Shown: piece by piece, positions 38,892 through 49,411 of the stretch | How positions within the stretch are numbered: the first letter of the stretch is position 1 | Layout of the letters: the number at the start of each line of letters is the position of its first letter | DNA from: Candidatus Saccharicenans sp. | GTDB taxonomy: Bacteria; Acidobacteriota; Aminicenantia; Aminicenantales; Saccharicenantaceae | Direction of reading: 5' to 3' | Length of the DNA: 64,000 nucleotides | Assembly (NCBI GenBank): GCA_024653215.1 | Contig: JANLFU010000004.1 | Coordinates: forward strand, 29,574 to 93,573 | Program-made: the position numbers and the translations under genes | Notes under the pieces: model-generated | What the model was told of the DNA's origin: nothing | Databases searched by the model: none | The model's input: only the letters and a program-made list of their open reading frames with translations

Positions 38892-39545
38892 ATGAACGCG
38901 CTTGAGCTTCGAAGCCGAATTCAGACTGAAATATTTGACTACCAGACTCTAACCAGTGCGCTCGGCAGCCTGTCATCTCCAAGGGATAAGATTACAGAAC
39001 TGCTGAGGAGCGGGATAATTATAAGGGTTAAGAAGGGGCTTTACGTATTTGGCGAAAAGTATCGTAAGCATGCCTATTCCAGGGAACTGCTGGCCAACCT
39101 TATATATGGCCCATCCTATCTCTCTCTTGATTATGCCCTGGCCTATTACGGCCTCATACCGGAAAAGGTTGAAGTCCTGACCTCGGTTACCCCCAATCGA
39201 TCTCGCCGATTTGCCACGCCGGTTGGTCTTTTCACTTACAGGCAGATACCGCATGGTGCTTACATAAATGGCCTGACCAGGGTTGAGGCCGATAATGACC
39301 AGGCCTATCTAATTGCCATTCCCGAGAAGGCCCTGGCTGATAAGGTCGCTTCCCTGCGCGGGCTCGCTTTCAATTCAACCAGGGAAGTCGCTCGTTTTCT
39401 CGAGGAAGATTTGAGAATAGATCTGGAGGCGCTGCGTTCTTTCTCAGTGGCCAAACTTGAAGAATTTGCCGCCGGGTATCGTTCCCGCAAGCTTAGGTAC
39501 CTGGCTGCCATGGTAAAAAAACTGGCCGCGAACCGGGAGAAATAA
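38892..39545 (+). CDS. abiEi: AbiEi-like antitoxin (type IV TA)
   Basis: wHTH IIRVKKGLY; PSYLSLDYALAYYGLIPE; IAIPEKALAD. Confidence 0.85.
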   Translation: MNALELRSRIQTEIFDYQTLTSALGSLSSPRDKITELLRSGIIIRVKKGLYVFGEKYRKHAYSRELLANLIYGPSYLSLDYALAYYGLIPEKVEVLTSVTPNRSRRFATPVGLFTYRQIPHGAYINGLTRVEADNDQAYLIAIPEKALADKVASLRGLAFNSTREVARFLEEDLRIDLEALRSFSVAKLEEFAAGYRSRKLRYLAAMVKKLAANREK

Positions 39546-39546
39546 A

Positions 39547-40413
39547 ATGAATGAAGCCGTCAGGCAAATGCTGGGGGGATATGAAATTAAATCCCCGGGC
39601 GATTCGCTCTGGGCCTTGCGCGAAATAATTCAACAGGTGGCCCTTCTCGGGCTGTGGAGAAGCAAGTTTTTTGAAAGGGCCGCGTTTTATGGGGGGTCGG
39701 CCCTGAGGATAATTTATGGGATCGACCGGTTTTCCGAGGACCTGGATTTCTCCCTCCTCGAGGCGGACCCGGCTTTCTGCCTGGCCGATTATGGCCAGGC
39801 CCTGAAGCGGGAGCTGCTTTCCTTTGGGTTTTCTGTTGAAGTTGAAAGCAAAACAAAAAAGGAGAAAACAACCGTTCAGTCGGCCTTTCTTAAAACCGAT
39901 ACCCGTGAGCAGATGATCTCAGTGGGAATTAAGCCTGAACTTGTTAAGCAGATCCCGCCTAACCAGGTGCTAAAAATTAAGCTCGAGGTCGACGTGACCC
40001 CGCCACCCGGATTCTCAACTGAGATGCGTTATCTTCTAAAACCGATTCCGTTTTCCGTAAGGACCTTTACCCTGCCGGACATGTTCGCGGGCAAGATGCA
40101 CGCGGTTCTCTGCCGTCAATGGAAAAGCCGGCTCAAGGGCCGGGACTGGTATGACCTGGTCTGGTTTACCGCTCATCACCCAGAGTTGAGATTATCGCAT
40201 TTAGAGCAGAGGATGCGCCAGACCGGTCACTGGAAGGGATCAAGTCCCCTGGACGAGAGCACTTTTCGAGAATTGCTGATTGGCAGGGTAAAATCGGTGG
40301 ATGTGGAGCAAATAAAGAGGGAGGTGGAGCCCTTCGTCAGCAATCCGGCTGTCCTGGAAGTCTGGTCGCGAGAATTTTTTCTGGATATCATAAAGCGTAT
40401 TAAAGTTATCTGA
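39547..40413 (+). CDS. abiEii: AbiEii-like nucleotidyltransferase toxin (type IV TA)
   Basis: FYGGSALRIIYGIDRFSEDLDF; KMHA; KGRDWYD. Confidence 0.9.
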   Translation: MNEAVRQMLGGYEIKSPGDSLWALREIIQQVALLGLWRSKFFERAAFYGGSALRIIYGIDRFSEDLDFSLLEADPAFCLADYGQALKRELLSFGFSVEVESKTKKEKTTVQSAFLKTDTREQMISVGIKPELVKQIPPNQVLKIKLEVDVTPPPGFSTEMRYLLKPIPFSVRTFTLPDMFAGKMHAVLCRQWKSRLKGRDWYDLVWFTAHHPELRLSHLEQRMRQTGHWKGSSPLDESTFRELLIGRVKSVDVEQIKREVEPFVSNPAVLEVWSREFFLDIIKRIKVI

Positions 40414-40514
40414 CGGCCTTCGACAGTGACATCGTATTCTGCAGGGAAGGGCCCGGGTCTTTAATTGGCTATCAGGACTACCTGCGCGGGGAAATAACAG
40501 GGAAAGGCTACACT

Positions 40515-41780
40515 TCAGAAAAAGTAATAGGCGGCCAGGAGCAGGCGCAGGTTAGTGACGGTTCGCTCGGGACTGACCCGTCCCCGCAGGTCGCGCGGGC
40601 CGTAAGCGGCCGAGGTCAGCTCGATCTCCTGGGCCAGGCGCACCTTCCCGGCATTAAAGATAAGTCGCGGGGCGAGGCGGAAGAGATGATCTATGGTATC
40701 GCCGCGGCTGTAAATTGAGCCGACGATGTCCTTGCGGGCGCCGTAGTTCTTGCTGTAGCCGCCGAAAATTCCAGCCTGCCACTTACTCCCGTTGGTCTGA
40801 AGCTCTATCCAGGCCGAGCCGGTGTTGACCGGAGTGTATTGCCATCTGAGTGCTGGAGGCTCTCCGATTTCCGTGACGGCATAGCCGCCGAGCATGGTCA
40901 GGTGATGGAGATTTCCGCCGTAGACGGCCTGGGCCTTGATTGTCAGCGGCCGGGTCTTATATCGCCCGAAAACGTAAGCCGCGCTTGAGGTCACGGACTC
41001 GCCGGCTTCGTATCCGGTGGCGGTGGCCAGGCGCGGGACAAGCCTGAGTGAGTTTACACCGGCACCCACCAGGAAATCCCTGCCGGCGCAGGCGGCCTTG
41101 AAGTCCAGTTCGGGAAAAGCGGCGTTGCGGAAATAGACGGTGCTCACTCCGTCCGGGCCGGTTGAGGCAAAATCCCGCTGGGAAAGCGCGGTTAAAGATA
41201 ACGAAAGCTTCTTTTCCGTCCAGGTGAAGCGAACCTGGGGGGCCCGCGAGAAAGGTTCGAAGGGAGCGCCGGTGTTGAAGGACACGACTTCGGGGAAGCT
41301 CTCGGTTATGAACATCGGGTGCCAGAACTGCCCCACCATCAGCTCGGCTTTTTCCCAGTTCAGCTTCAGGTAGGCATGCCTCAGCCGGAAGCCGTTGATG
41401 TCCGCCTCGGAATGGCCGAAGAATTCTCCCTCAATATACCCGGTGGGCCTGGCGCCGAGGGCCTTCGGTCCGGTTATCTTCAGGGCCAGCCTGGTCTGGA
41501 TGGACAGGATGTGAAAGGTGTCCTGGGCATTAAGGTCGTTTCCCTCGGGATCCAGGGCCCGGTCCTTGGGGTAAAGGAGGAAATGCCCCTCCCTGATGCT
41601 CGTGGTCTGGCGGGTATCATACAGGACATCGGTCTTGATGAAACCGCTGAGGCTCAGGGTAATCTTATCATCATCTCTGCCCTGGGCCCGCAGGTCTGAA
41701 GCGGCCAGCATGAAAAAAAAGAGGCATAGAGTTACCGCGACTTTCGAACTAATTGATTTATTCGAATTTGTCTTACCCAT
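40515..41780 (-). CDS. Outer-membrane porin (DcaP-like)
   Basis: Signal peptide; LSGFIKTD, FRLRHAY, GQFWHP, PQVRF; C-terminal YYFF. Confidence 0.7.
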   Translation of the reverse strand: MGKTNSNKSISSKVAVTLCLFFFMLAASDLRAQGRDDDKITLSLSGFIKTDVLYDTRQTTSIREGHFLLYPKDRALDPEGNDLNAQDTFHILSIQTRLALKITGPKALGARPTGYIEGEFFGHSEADINGFRLRHAYLKLNWEKAELMVGQFWHPMFITESFPEVVSFNTGAPFEPFSRAPQVRFTWTEKKLSLSLTALSQRDFASTGPDGVSTVYFRNAAFPELDFKAACAGRDFLVGAGVNSLRLVPRLATATGYEAGESVTSSAAYVFGRYKTRPLTIKAQAVYGGNLHHLTMLGGYAVTEIGEPPALRWQYTPVNTGSAWIELQTNGSKWQAGIFGGYSKNYGARKDIVGSIYSRGDTIDHLFRLAPRLIFNAGKVRLAQEIELTSAAYGPRDLRGRVSPERTVTNLRLLLAAYYFF

Positions 41781-41847
41781 AATGCTTGTATTTATAGCAA
41801 ATTGCCGTGGCCTAGTCCATGCTCTTTGGCCGGGGGAATGGCATTTC

Positions 41848-44535
41848 CTAAAGGGCTTTCTGGATTTCCACCAGGGTGGATTGCGGGTCCTGGCGGATTT
41901 CGAAATCGCGCTTCTTGAAAACGGCAATCATCCGGGGATTATCGGTCGTGGTGTAGGCGATGATCTTTTTGACCCCCCAGGCCCGGGCGATTTCGGTGCA
42001 GTAATCGGTGAGGATTCCGCCCAGTCCCCGGTTCTGCCAGTCGTCCTGGACCAGGACCGCGTACTCGGCCACCGTCCTGGTCGGGTCGGCGGTCAGGCGG
42101 CCGACACCCAGGATGCGGCGTTTCTGGCCGTCCTGGAGCTCGGCCACGATGGCCATCTCCCGGTCGTAATCGATGTAGCAATAGCGAGAGGCCACCTCGT
42201 GCGACTGCCAGAAGAAGAAGTAGCGGAAGCGTGAATAGATGGTTTCCCTGGAACAGCTCCCGAGAAGCTCAAACCAGAGTGGCTCGTCTTCGGGGCGGAT
42301 GGGCCGGAGAGTGATTTCGGTGCCGTCGCGCATCCTGGCCTTCCTGATGAACTCCTCCGGGTAAGGCCGCAGCACCAGGTGCTGGTAGGGCTGAACCAGT
42401 TCCGGCGCCACGGCCCGGTCGGCGATTATCCGGGCATCCAGGGCCACCACCTCTTCCGGGCTGACCAGGAGCGGGTTGATGTCGATTTCCTTGATTTCCG
42501 GGTAATCGGCCACCAGGTAAGAAAACCTGATGATGATTTCAATCAGCCGGTCGATGTTGGCCGGAGGCCTCCCGCGGTAACCCCTGAGCAGCGGCCAGCT
42601 CTTGAGCTGCTCCAGGGCCCTCCTGGCCAGGCGCTCGTTGAGCGGGGGAAAGCAGATGGACCGGTCCTTGAGGACCTCGGCCGCCGTTCCGCCCAGCCCG
42701 ACCATGATCACCGCGCCGAAGGTCGGATCCTTCTTGCTGCCGATGATCATTTCCAGGGCATCCCGGGCCTTGACCATCTTCTGGACGACCACGCCTTCAA
42801 TCCGGGCCTTCGGCATCCTTTCTCTGACCGTGTGCATCATCCGGTCGTAGGCGGCTTCCACCATGTGGTCGTCTTCGAGGTCCAGGACCACGCCGCAGAC
42901 ATCGGTCTTGTGGGTGATGTCTGGAGAATGGATTTTAAGAACCACGGGATAACCGATTTCCCGGCTGAGTTTGACCGCCTCTTCCCTGGTTTTGGCCAGG
43001 CGGGGCAGGGTAGTGGGAATGCCGTAGGTATCGATGATTTTCTTGGAAGTTTCTTCGCTCAGGACTTCGGGCCCCTCGGTCAGCCAGGGAAGCACCTTCT
43101 CGCGGATTTTCTCCCTTTCCACCGGAAATTCTACCGAAATCTCCCGCGGCGTTTCGTAAAGGTTTTCCAGGTTTCGGGCATAGTTAACCAGGATCATGAA
43201 GGCCCGGACCGCCTGTTCCGGCGTGCTGTAGGTGGGAATTCCGGCCTCGTTGAGAAGGCGGTTGCCCTCGCGCATGCTGGGCCCGCCCAGGAAGGCGGCC
43301 AGGACGGGTTTTTTAGCTTCGGCGGCGATGGGTATGAGTTCCTTGGCGATTCCGGGCGGGTTGGTCATGGCCTGGGGAGTTATGATCAGCAGAACCGCAT
43401 CCACGCCCTCGTCCTGGAGCACGGCGTTGACCGCCTTGGCCACGGTCTTGCTCTTGGCATCTCCCAGGACATCGACCGGGTTGCGGTGCGACCAGGCCGG
43501 GGGCAAATTCTGGTCAAGGAATTCAACGGTCTGCGGGCTGAGCTCGGCCAGCCGGCCGCCGGCCTCGATCAGGGCGTCGGAGGCCATGACCCCGGGGCCA
43601 CCGGCGTTGGTGACGATGGCCAGCCGCGGGCCCTTCGGTATCTTGTGGCGACCGATCAGCTCGGCCACGTCGAACATCTCGCCGATTTCAAACACCCTGG
43701 CCATACCGGCCCGCTGGAAGGCAGCCTCGTAGATGGAGTCTTCGGCGGCCATGGCCCCGGTGTGGGAAGAGGCGGCCTCGGCCGATTCCGGGAAACGGCC
43801 GGCCTTGTAGGCGATGATGGGCTTGGTCCGGGCGTAGGCCCGGGCCGCCGACATGAAGCGCCTGGGGTTGGAGATGGATTCTATGTACATCAGGATGGAC
43901 TTGGTGTTTTCATCCTCGCCGAAGTAATCGATGAGGTCGCCGAAATCTATATCCAGGGCATTGCCGATGGACACAAAATAGGAAAAGCCGATTTTTTCTT
44001 CGAGCGACCAGTCAAGAATGGAGGTGCACAGGGCTCCCGACTGGGAAATAAAAGCAATGTGCCCGTTGAGCGGCATGTCAGCGGCAAAGCTGGCGTTGAG
44101 GTTGAGACCGGGCGAGATGACACCCAGGCAGTTGGGCCCCAGGATGCGCATTCCCGGGTATTTTTTCTTCTCGGCCAGGATCTGCTCTTCCAGGGCCCGG
44201 CCTTCCGGCCCGGTTTCACGGAAGCCGGCCGAAATGATGATTATGCCCGTGATTCCGGCCTGGCCGCATTCGGCCACGATTCTTGGCACCTGGGGAGCAG
44301 GAGTGCAGATGACTGCCAGGTCGGGGGTGCGGGGCAGGCTGGCCACGCCGGTAAAACAGGGAATGCCCATGACCGCTTCCACCGTGGGGTTCACCGGGTA
44401 GACCACGCCGCGGTAGCCTCCGGTAATCAGGTTGGACAGGATCTTGCCGCCGACGCTCTTGGGGTTGGGGGTGACCCCGACCAGGGCGATTCGCTGTGGC
44501 TTGAATATCTTATCCAGGGTTTCCAGTTCTTCCAT
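41848..44535 (-). CDS. pat: Protein lysine acetyltransferase Pat/PatZ-like (acyl-CoA synthetase NDP-forming domains + GNAT)
   Basis: GPNCLG, SQSGA, SHTGA, SPDITHKTD ATP-grasp, C-terminal GNAT WQNRGLG. Confidence 0.9.
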   Translation of the reverse strand: MEELETLDKIFKPQRIALVGVTPNPKSVGGKILSNLITGGYRGVVYPVNPTVEAVMGIPCFTGVASLPRTPDLAVICTPAPQVPRIVAECGQAGITGIIIISAGFRETGPEGRALEEQILAEKKKYPGMRILGPNCLGVISPGLNLNASFAADMPLNGHIAFISQSGALCTSILDWSLEEKIGFSYFVSIGNALDIDFGDLIDYFGEDENTKSILMYIESISNPRRFMSAARAYARTKPIIAYKAGRFPESAEAASSHTGAMAAEDSIYEAAFQRAGMARVFEIGEMFDVAELIGRHKIPKGPRLAIVTNAGGPGVMASDALIEAGGRLAELSPQTVEFLDQNLPPAWSHRNPVDVLGDAKSKTVAKAVNAVLQDEGVDAVLLIITPQAMTNPPGIAKELIPIAAEAKKPVLAAFLGGPSMREGNRLLNEAGIPTYSTPEQAVRAFMILVNYARNLENLYETPREISVEFPVEREKIREKVLPWLTEGPEVLSEETSKKIIDTYGIPTTLPRLAKTREEAVKLSREIGYPVVLKIHSPDITHKTDVCGVVLDLEDDHMVEAAYDRMMHTVRERMPKARIEGVVVQKMVKARDALEMIIGSKKDPTFGAVIMVGLGGTAAEVLKDRSICFPPLNERLARRALEQLKSWPLLRGYRGRPPANIDRLIEIIIRFSYLVADYPEIKEIDINPLLVSPEEVVALDARIIADRAVAPELVQPYQHLVLRPYPEEFIRKARMRDGTEITLRPIRPEDEPLWFELLGSCSRETIYSRFRYFFFWQSHEVASRYCYIDYDREMAIVAELQDGQKRRILGVGRLTADPTRTVAEYAVLVQDDWQNRGLGGILTDYCTEIARAWGVKKIIAYTTTDNPRMIAVFKKRDFEIRQDPQSTLVEIQKAL

Positions 44536-44620
44536 CTCGGGACTCCGGAATCATTCACTCAGCTAAAAGATTAAAAGTTCCCTCGCGGGCTGCTTCGGGG
44601 CAGAAAACCGTAAAGGGCAA

Positions 44621-46573
44621 TCACAATTTTAATTTAAATCCGGTGGAAATTGTAGTGCCCGGCGAACCGTAGCCATAAACGAGCTCGTAGCGGGTATTAA
44701 AAAGATTCTGGACGTGGAGGAAAAGGGTCAGGGGTTCTTTGAGGTCATAGCTTAAAAGCAGGTTGGCGATGGTGGCCGCTTTGAGCTTTACAGTCTGCGG
44801 CGGATAGGAAGAATAGTCCACGTCCAGCCGGGAACCGATATAGTTCAGCTCGGCCGCCAGGCTTGTTGATTTATGGGATAGGTTAAAGCTAACGTTGAAG
44901 CTGTCCTCCGGCCGGCGAAGGAGCGGGCTGCCGGTGTCCAGGTCCCGGGAGCTAAGATGAGTCCAGCCGGCGCTGATGTTTACATTCTTAAATAACCTGG
45001 CTTCCAGTGAGGCTTCCAGGCCGCGGCTTATAGCCCGGCCGACATTCTGGTAGCCAGAGCCAAAGTAGAACTGGATCAGGTTGCGGTAACGGGTTTCAAA
45101 ATAGGTGAGAGAGAGGGCCAGGCTGTCGCTGAATTCCTTCTCAATTCCGGCATCCCAGCCCAGGTTTCTTTCCGGGTGAAGCTCCGGGTTGCCGACCGGT
45201 CCATAATAATCCGCCGGGGCGAAGAGCTGGTAGAGAGAAGGGGCCTTGAAGCCGCTGCCCATGGTGCTTTTCAGCCGGGCCCCGATTTCAGGCAGGTCCA
45301 GGCAGGCTGCCGCCCTGAAGGTCAGGGCGCGGCCGAAGCGCCGGTGATGGTCAGAGCGAAGGCCCGCGGTCAGCGATAGCCTCTTCCAGGGTTTCCACTG
45401 GTCCTGGAGATAAAGGCCGAGCAGGGAGGCGGTTTTCTGCGGGAAGCTGCTTTCGTAGTTTCCCCAGGGACTGAAATAGAGATAAGAGGAGCTGCCCTGT
45501 TCCTGGCGGAAATCGACCCCGAAAACGAGGGTATGGTTCGGGGCCAGGAAGAAATTGTTCTGCCAGTCAATCTTGAAGAGCCGGCTCCGGTAAAGGGCTG
45601 AATCTCCTTCGTCCGGGTGGGCCGTATCGGCCGGGTTGTCATTTTCCCGGCGCCCGGCTTCCAGGCCGAAGACCAGTTTTTGCTGCCAGCGATGGCCGAG
45701 AAAAAAACCGTCGAGCTCCAGGCGGTTAAAGAGGAAGCGGGATTTCTGGAGAGAGTTGGGGTCATCTCCGTAGGGCCCGCCGAAGGTGTCCAGTTCGGCC
45801 CGGCCGAGCAGGCCGCGGGTCTGCCAGTTAAGACGAAAGTCCGGCGAGAAGCGGTAGCTTAGCTTGAGGGCCAGGCTCTGCTGGCTGTAGCCGTCGGCCT
45901 CGTTATTTCCCGGATAGCTGCTCCCGGCCTGGGAAATGCCGGCCGTGGTGAAGGTGTTGAATTCAGCCTGAAGAAAGAAGTTTGGCCAGACCCGGGCCAG
46001 ACTGAAATTTCCCTGGCCAGTCCGGAAAGTTCCGAAAAGGCCGGAAAGGCTGGCTTCGTTCTTTTCGGGGTCGGCGGTGACCATGTTCACCACCCCGGCC
46101 AGGGCGTCGGAGCCGTAAAGGGTGCTCTGGGGTCCGCGCAGGACTTCCACCCGTTCGATAAGAGCCAGGTTAAACAGGTTGAAGTTGAAAGAGCGGGAAG
46201 GGGAGACCGGGTCGTTGAGCTCCAGTCCATCAATCATGAAGACCGCATGTTCCGAATTGGCGCCGCGGATAAAAAGTGAACCAGACCCACCGGCCAGTCC
46301 GGTCTGGATGAAAAAGATGCCCGGGACGCCCGCAAAAACGCTCTCGGGCCTGACGGTGGCACCCGGTGGCAGCTTTTCTGCCTGGACCAGGCTGATGGCC
46401 GAGGCGGTTTCTTTGACCGGGGTTTCCAGGCGGGTAGCCGTGACCACTATCTCGTGCTGGATTTTTGGCGGCTGGGTTTCGTCATCAGCCAGCGCCGCTG
46501 CTGGAAGGCTGCTGAGAAGCCAGAGGCAAAGAGAAAGCAGGATGGGTAACCGGGCAGAAAGGTTTCGTTTCAT
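44621..46573 (-). CDS. btuB: TonB-dependent cobalamin receptor
   Basis: IVVTATR TonB box, IERVEVLRGPQSTLYGSDA plug; cobalamin riboswitch directly upstream. Confidence 0.85.
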   Translation of the reverse strand: MKRNLSARLPILLSLCLWLLSSLPAAALADDETQPPKIQHEIVVTATRLETPVKETASAISLVQAEKLPPGATVRPESVFAGVPGIFFIQTGLAGGSGSLFIRGANSEHAVFMIDGLELNDPVSPSRSFNFNLFNLALIERVEVLRGPQSTLYGSDALAGVVNMVTADPEKNEASLSGLFGTFRTGQGNFSLARVWPNFFLQAEFNTFTTAGISQAGSSYPGNNEADGYSQQSLALKLSYRFSPDFRLNWQTRGLLGRAELDTFGGPYGDDPNSLQKSRFLFNRLELDGFFLGHRWQQKLVFGLEAGRRENDNPADTAHPDEGDSALYRSRLFKIDWQNNFFLAPNHTLVFGVDFRQEQGSSSYLYFSPWGNYESSFPQKTASLLGLYLQDQWKPWKRLSLTAGLRSDHHRRFGRALTFRAAACLDLPEIGARLKSTMGSGFKAPSLYQLFAPADYYGPVGNPELHPERNLGWDAGIEKEFSDSLALSLTYFETRYRNLIQFYFGSGYQNVGRAISRGLEASLEARLFKNVNISAGWTHLSSRDLDTGSPLLRRPEDSFNVSFNLSHKSTSLAAELNYIGSRLDVDYSSYPPQTVKLKAATIANLLLSYDLKEPLTLFLHVQNLFNTRYELVYGYGSPGTTISTGFKLKL

Positions 46574-46657
46574 TCATTTTCCTTTCCCCCCGCTTGAAAA
46601 AATTTCTGAGCCGCTCCTCTTTTCTTCCGCCCGAAGAAAAGAGAGGCTGCCGGGTTG

Positions 46658-46805
46658 AGGGCAGGTATCCTGACTCCCGGGTCCTCCTCCTCCCTGGCCT
46701 TCCCACCCCGGAGGGCAGTGGCTGCATCAGGGATTCGTCGCCGGTTACAGTAGCGGGGGCTGTGTCCGCCTCTCACGGACTTCCCTGCTTCTTAAACCCG
46801 AATCA
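46658..46805 (-). ncRNA. Cobalamin (AdoCbl) riboswitch
   Basis: Minus strand: AGGGAAGTCCGTGAGAGGCGGAC..CCCCCGCTACTGTAA..GCCACTG..GGGAAGG..GAGTCAGGATACCTGC (B12 box); followed by a strong hairpin at about 46612-46648. Confidence 0.92.
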
Positions 46806-46868
46806 TAATTTATCAAATTCCGTTTCCGTGTCAATTATGGAAGTAGAATTGTGGCTGGCAAGGCCAGT

Positions 46869-47966
46869 TTAATTTTTCTGAATCCCGGTCGGCCTTCTTG
46901 AAAAAATCTCATGGTAATTCTTTATCTTGATCCTTTTTATCACCGGCCAACCTTCCCGATCTTCCGAGATGAAATACAAAAATCCATTATTTATCAATTT
47001 CGGTTTGGCCTGGCACTTAGCGGATAGTAAATAGTTGCCTTCTTCACTATAAATGTCTGCTATGTAGATTTTTTGTTTGCGCCTTTTCCGAGATGTGGTT
47101 ATCACATATAACCTATTCGATTCATCCAAAATCAATGCACTGAAAAGAGGCGCTGGGTTTCTACGATGGACATCATTTCTTGTCCTTTGACTTGAAATAT
47201 CCGGGGTTGTCTCCCTCGAAAAGGGAGGCCCCTCAATTGTTCTGACCAGGTTTCCAGAATAATCGTAAAACCTGATAAAGTACTGCGAGTTGTGAGCTAA
47301 CCACACTCCATTTCCGGCAGGGCATATGATAAAAGCCGGGAGGTTCTCGGGGTTAATAATCCCACCCGCCACTCCCCCTTCTTTACTGAACCTCAAAGTC
47401 CAGAGGCCGTGATCCTTAGGTTCCTGAAGAAAATATTTTATTCTTCCCTTTGCATCTAATCCGGTGATTTGACCAATCTTGCCTGATTCAGTGCTTGATA
47501 AGGTTACACCTATTATTTCATCATCATTGCTGGCGGCAAAATTGCCCGCGAGAAATGTGTCCAGTGGGAATTGTCTCAAGAACTCTCCTTTTCTTGAGTA
47601 TATTATTATTTTCCTTCCCTGGTCGTTGATGAATATCTTTTCTTCATTAACCCCCATGCCAATTATCCCTGTAAACTCGCCCGGCCCTTGGCCGGTTGAT
47701 CCAATTTCTCCGCATAAATTTCCACTGGCGTCCCATTCGGTAATTTTATCCTGTTCCAGCACATAATATTTTCCCCATCGGCTTAGATAAAATTCCTGGA
47801 TGAGTTTGGCTCCCGATTTTCTCGTATCTATAAAGATCTCCTCCTCGCCTTCCTTTATAAATTCTAGTTCTTCAAACCGCATAGATTGGTGCAATTTAAA
47901 AAATCCAATGCCTATGAGCATGGCAACGAAAATGATCGCAATAAGTACCGCTCCCCTCTGCTGCAT
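46869..47966 (-). CDS. Membrane-anchored 6-bladed beta-propeller-like protein
   Basis: N-terminal TM; IGSTGQGPGEF, IFINDQGRKIIIYSRKGEFL, IYSEEGNYL blade motifs. Confidence 0.7.
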   Translation of the reverse strand: MQQRGAVLIAIIFVAMLIGIGFFKLHQSMRFEELEFIKEGEEEIFIDTRKSGAKLIQEFYLSRWGKYYVLEQDKITEWDASGNLCGEIGSTGQGPGEFTGIIGMGVNEEKIFINDQGRKIIIYSRKGEFLRQFPLDTFLAGNFAASNDDEIIGVTLSSTESGKIGQITGLDAKGRIKYFLQEPKDHGLWTLRFSKEGGVAGGIINPENLPAFIICPAGNGVWLAHNSQYFIRFYDYSGNLVRTIEGPPFSRETTPDISSQRTRNDVHRRNPAPLFSALILDESNRLYVITTSRKRRKQKIYIADIYSEEGNYLLSAKCQAKPKLINNGFLYFISEDREGWPVIKRIKIKNYHEIFSRRPTGIQKN

Positions 47967-48009
47967 CTCAAATTCTATTCTGAGTTAGTTAATGTCAAGA
48001 TAAAGTGTC

Positions 48010-48288
48010 TTACACCATCGGAGGCACGGCCTCACAATATGAGCCCCACCAGGCTCCGCCGCACTCACAGAAAATACCTCTTATGGGCCCTCCCGAATAA
48101 TACCTGTAATAACCACAGACCTCATGTCCGCCGCAATTTCCAAAAGTTTCGCAGAAAAGCAAGGTCCCATCCCCGCATAAGAAATTAATGCCGCAGCTAA
48201 GAGCGGGCCGACTGACTGTGAAGAAAAAGCCAGCAATGAGTGAGCTGACGATGAGAATTGGTATCGCCAGCCGCTTAAATTTTGGCAT
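48010..48288 (-). CDS. Secreted Cys-rich peptide (8 Cys)
   Basis: AGGAGG RBS; Sec signal ending PALS; mature region of about 61 aa with 8 Cys. Confidence 0.75.
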   Translation of the reverse strand: MPKFKRLAIPILIVSSLIAGFFFTVSRPALSCGINFLCGDGTLLFCETFGNCGGHEVCGYYRYYSGGPIRGIFCECGGAWWGSYCEAVPPMV

Positions 48289-48316
48289 GTTAACCCTCCT
48301 TGATAAAATTATGAGT

Positions 48317-49411
48317 TCATAAATCAGCCTCGAAGATTATGGGCTGCCGGTTTTCCGGCCTTGTCGCCAGGCCAAACATCCTTCCGGCCGGCAAAATGAC
48401 AAAGCAATCTATATAAGAGGTTATATCTTGGTCATTCAGAGTTATCTTGAGCGTTCCGAGGAACTCGGCCTGCGGGCCGAACAGTAGAAATTTCTCATAC
48501 CCAAGGTAGTAGATGGACCCCTTATAAACTCCAATCCCTCTGTTCATTCTGACCAGCCGGATCTGGTTTGGTTTATTCTGTTTTTCCGGCGTGTCAGCCA
48601 TGATCTCCCTTTCTCGTTCCAGGGCGCGGTTAATCTCAGGAATATCTGATAGGCGCAGGTCCCTTTTGAATAGCTCCTTTCCAGTATGCCGGTCAAAGGC
48701 GAATAGTATCGGCAGGCAGGCATAAGCACCGTAGATGATCTGCCCATCAGCAAACAGCTCAACCAGGTTAAAGTGAAGATGAGCTATGTGGGAGGAACAT
48801 TTTATGGCTTTACCAAAAGCGCGGATTTGGTTGAAATTGAAATCAAATATGGAGAAAATGGGTTCCTCATTCATCTCGGCGATAGACCGGGTGACCTTTC
48901 TCGCTGGCGCAATCAATTCATTTTCCTGGCCGATGATGAGTGAGGGAAGGAAATAGGTTTCTTTCCTGGATATCACCCTTATCTTTGGGGCAAACCGATC
49001 GAATATTTTTATCTCTCCACCGGAGTTGTTTATGACGGCCAACATCTTATCGTTTGCGGTGACCGCCACGGGATAGTACAAATCTATCTCTCTCTGACCT
49101 ATACCCCCAATTACTCTTCTTAGCCTCCCCTCCCTATCAATTTCCAGGATCCTGTGCCTGTTAGAATCAATCAGGTATGCGGTTAAATCTTCGGTCATGT
49201 GGAATAGCTTGGTCTGAAAAAAAGTCCGGGAAATTTCGAAGTCTGTACCCAGGGTCTGCAGATCCAAAAATATCCGGGCCGCGATGACCATTTCTGGTAA
49301 GTTGCGGCCCCCCGGCACAGGGTTTTCCTGGTGGCAGGACGTGGAAAGACAGAGAAATAACATGATGAATGGAAAGGGTATATAAAAGCTTGGTCTTCTA
49401 CGTATTATCAT
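48317..49411 (-). CDS. Beta-propeller (NHL/6-bladed-like) lipoprotein
   Basis: Lipobox-like STSC; YLIDSNRHRILEIDREGRLRRVIGGIGQ..LYYP blade motif. Confidence 0.65.
   Translation of the reverse strand: MIIRRRPSFYIPFPFIMLFLCLSTSCHQENPVPGGRNLPEMVIAARIFLDLQTLGTDFEISRTFFQTKLFHMTEDLTAYLIDSNRHRILEIDREGRLRRVIGGIGQREIDLYYPVAVTANDKMLAVINNSGGEIKIFDRFAPKIRVISRKETYFLPSLIIGQENELIAPARKVTRSIAEMNEEPIFSIFDFNFNQIRAFGKAIKCSSHIAHLHFNLVELFADGQIIYGAYACLPILFAFDRHTGKELFKRDLRLSDIPEINRALEREREIMADTPEKQNKPNQIRLVRMNRGIGVYKGSIYYLGYEKFLLFGPQAEFLGTLKITLNDQDITSYIDCFVILPAGRMFGLATRPENRQPIIFEADL

Noticed and set aside
42379..44574. 731-aa plus-strand ORF and similar long antisense ORFs (27067-28395, 24529-25698, 9734-10786)
   Set aside because: Shadow frames opposite well-supported GC-rich genes; no recognisable motifs
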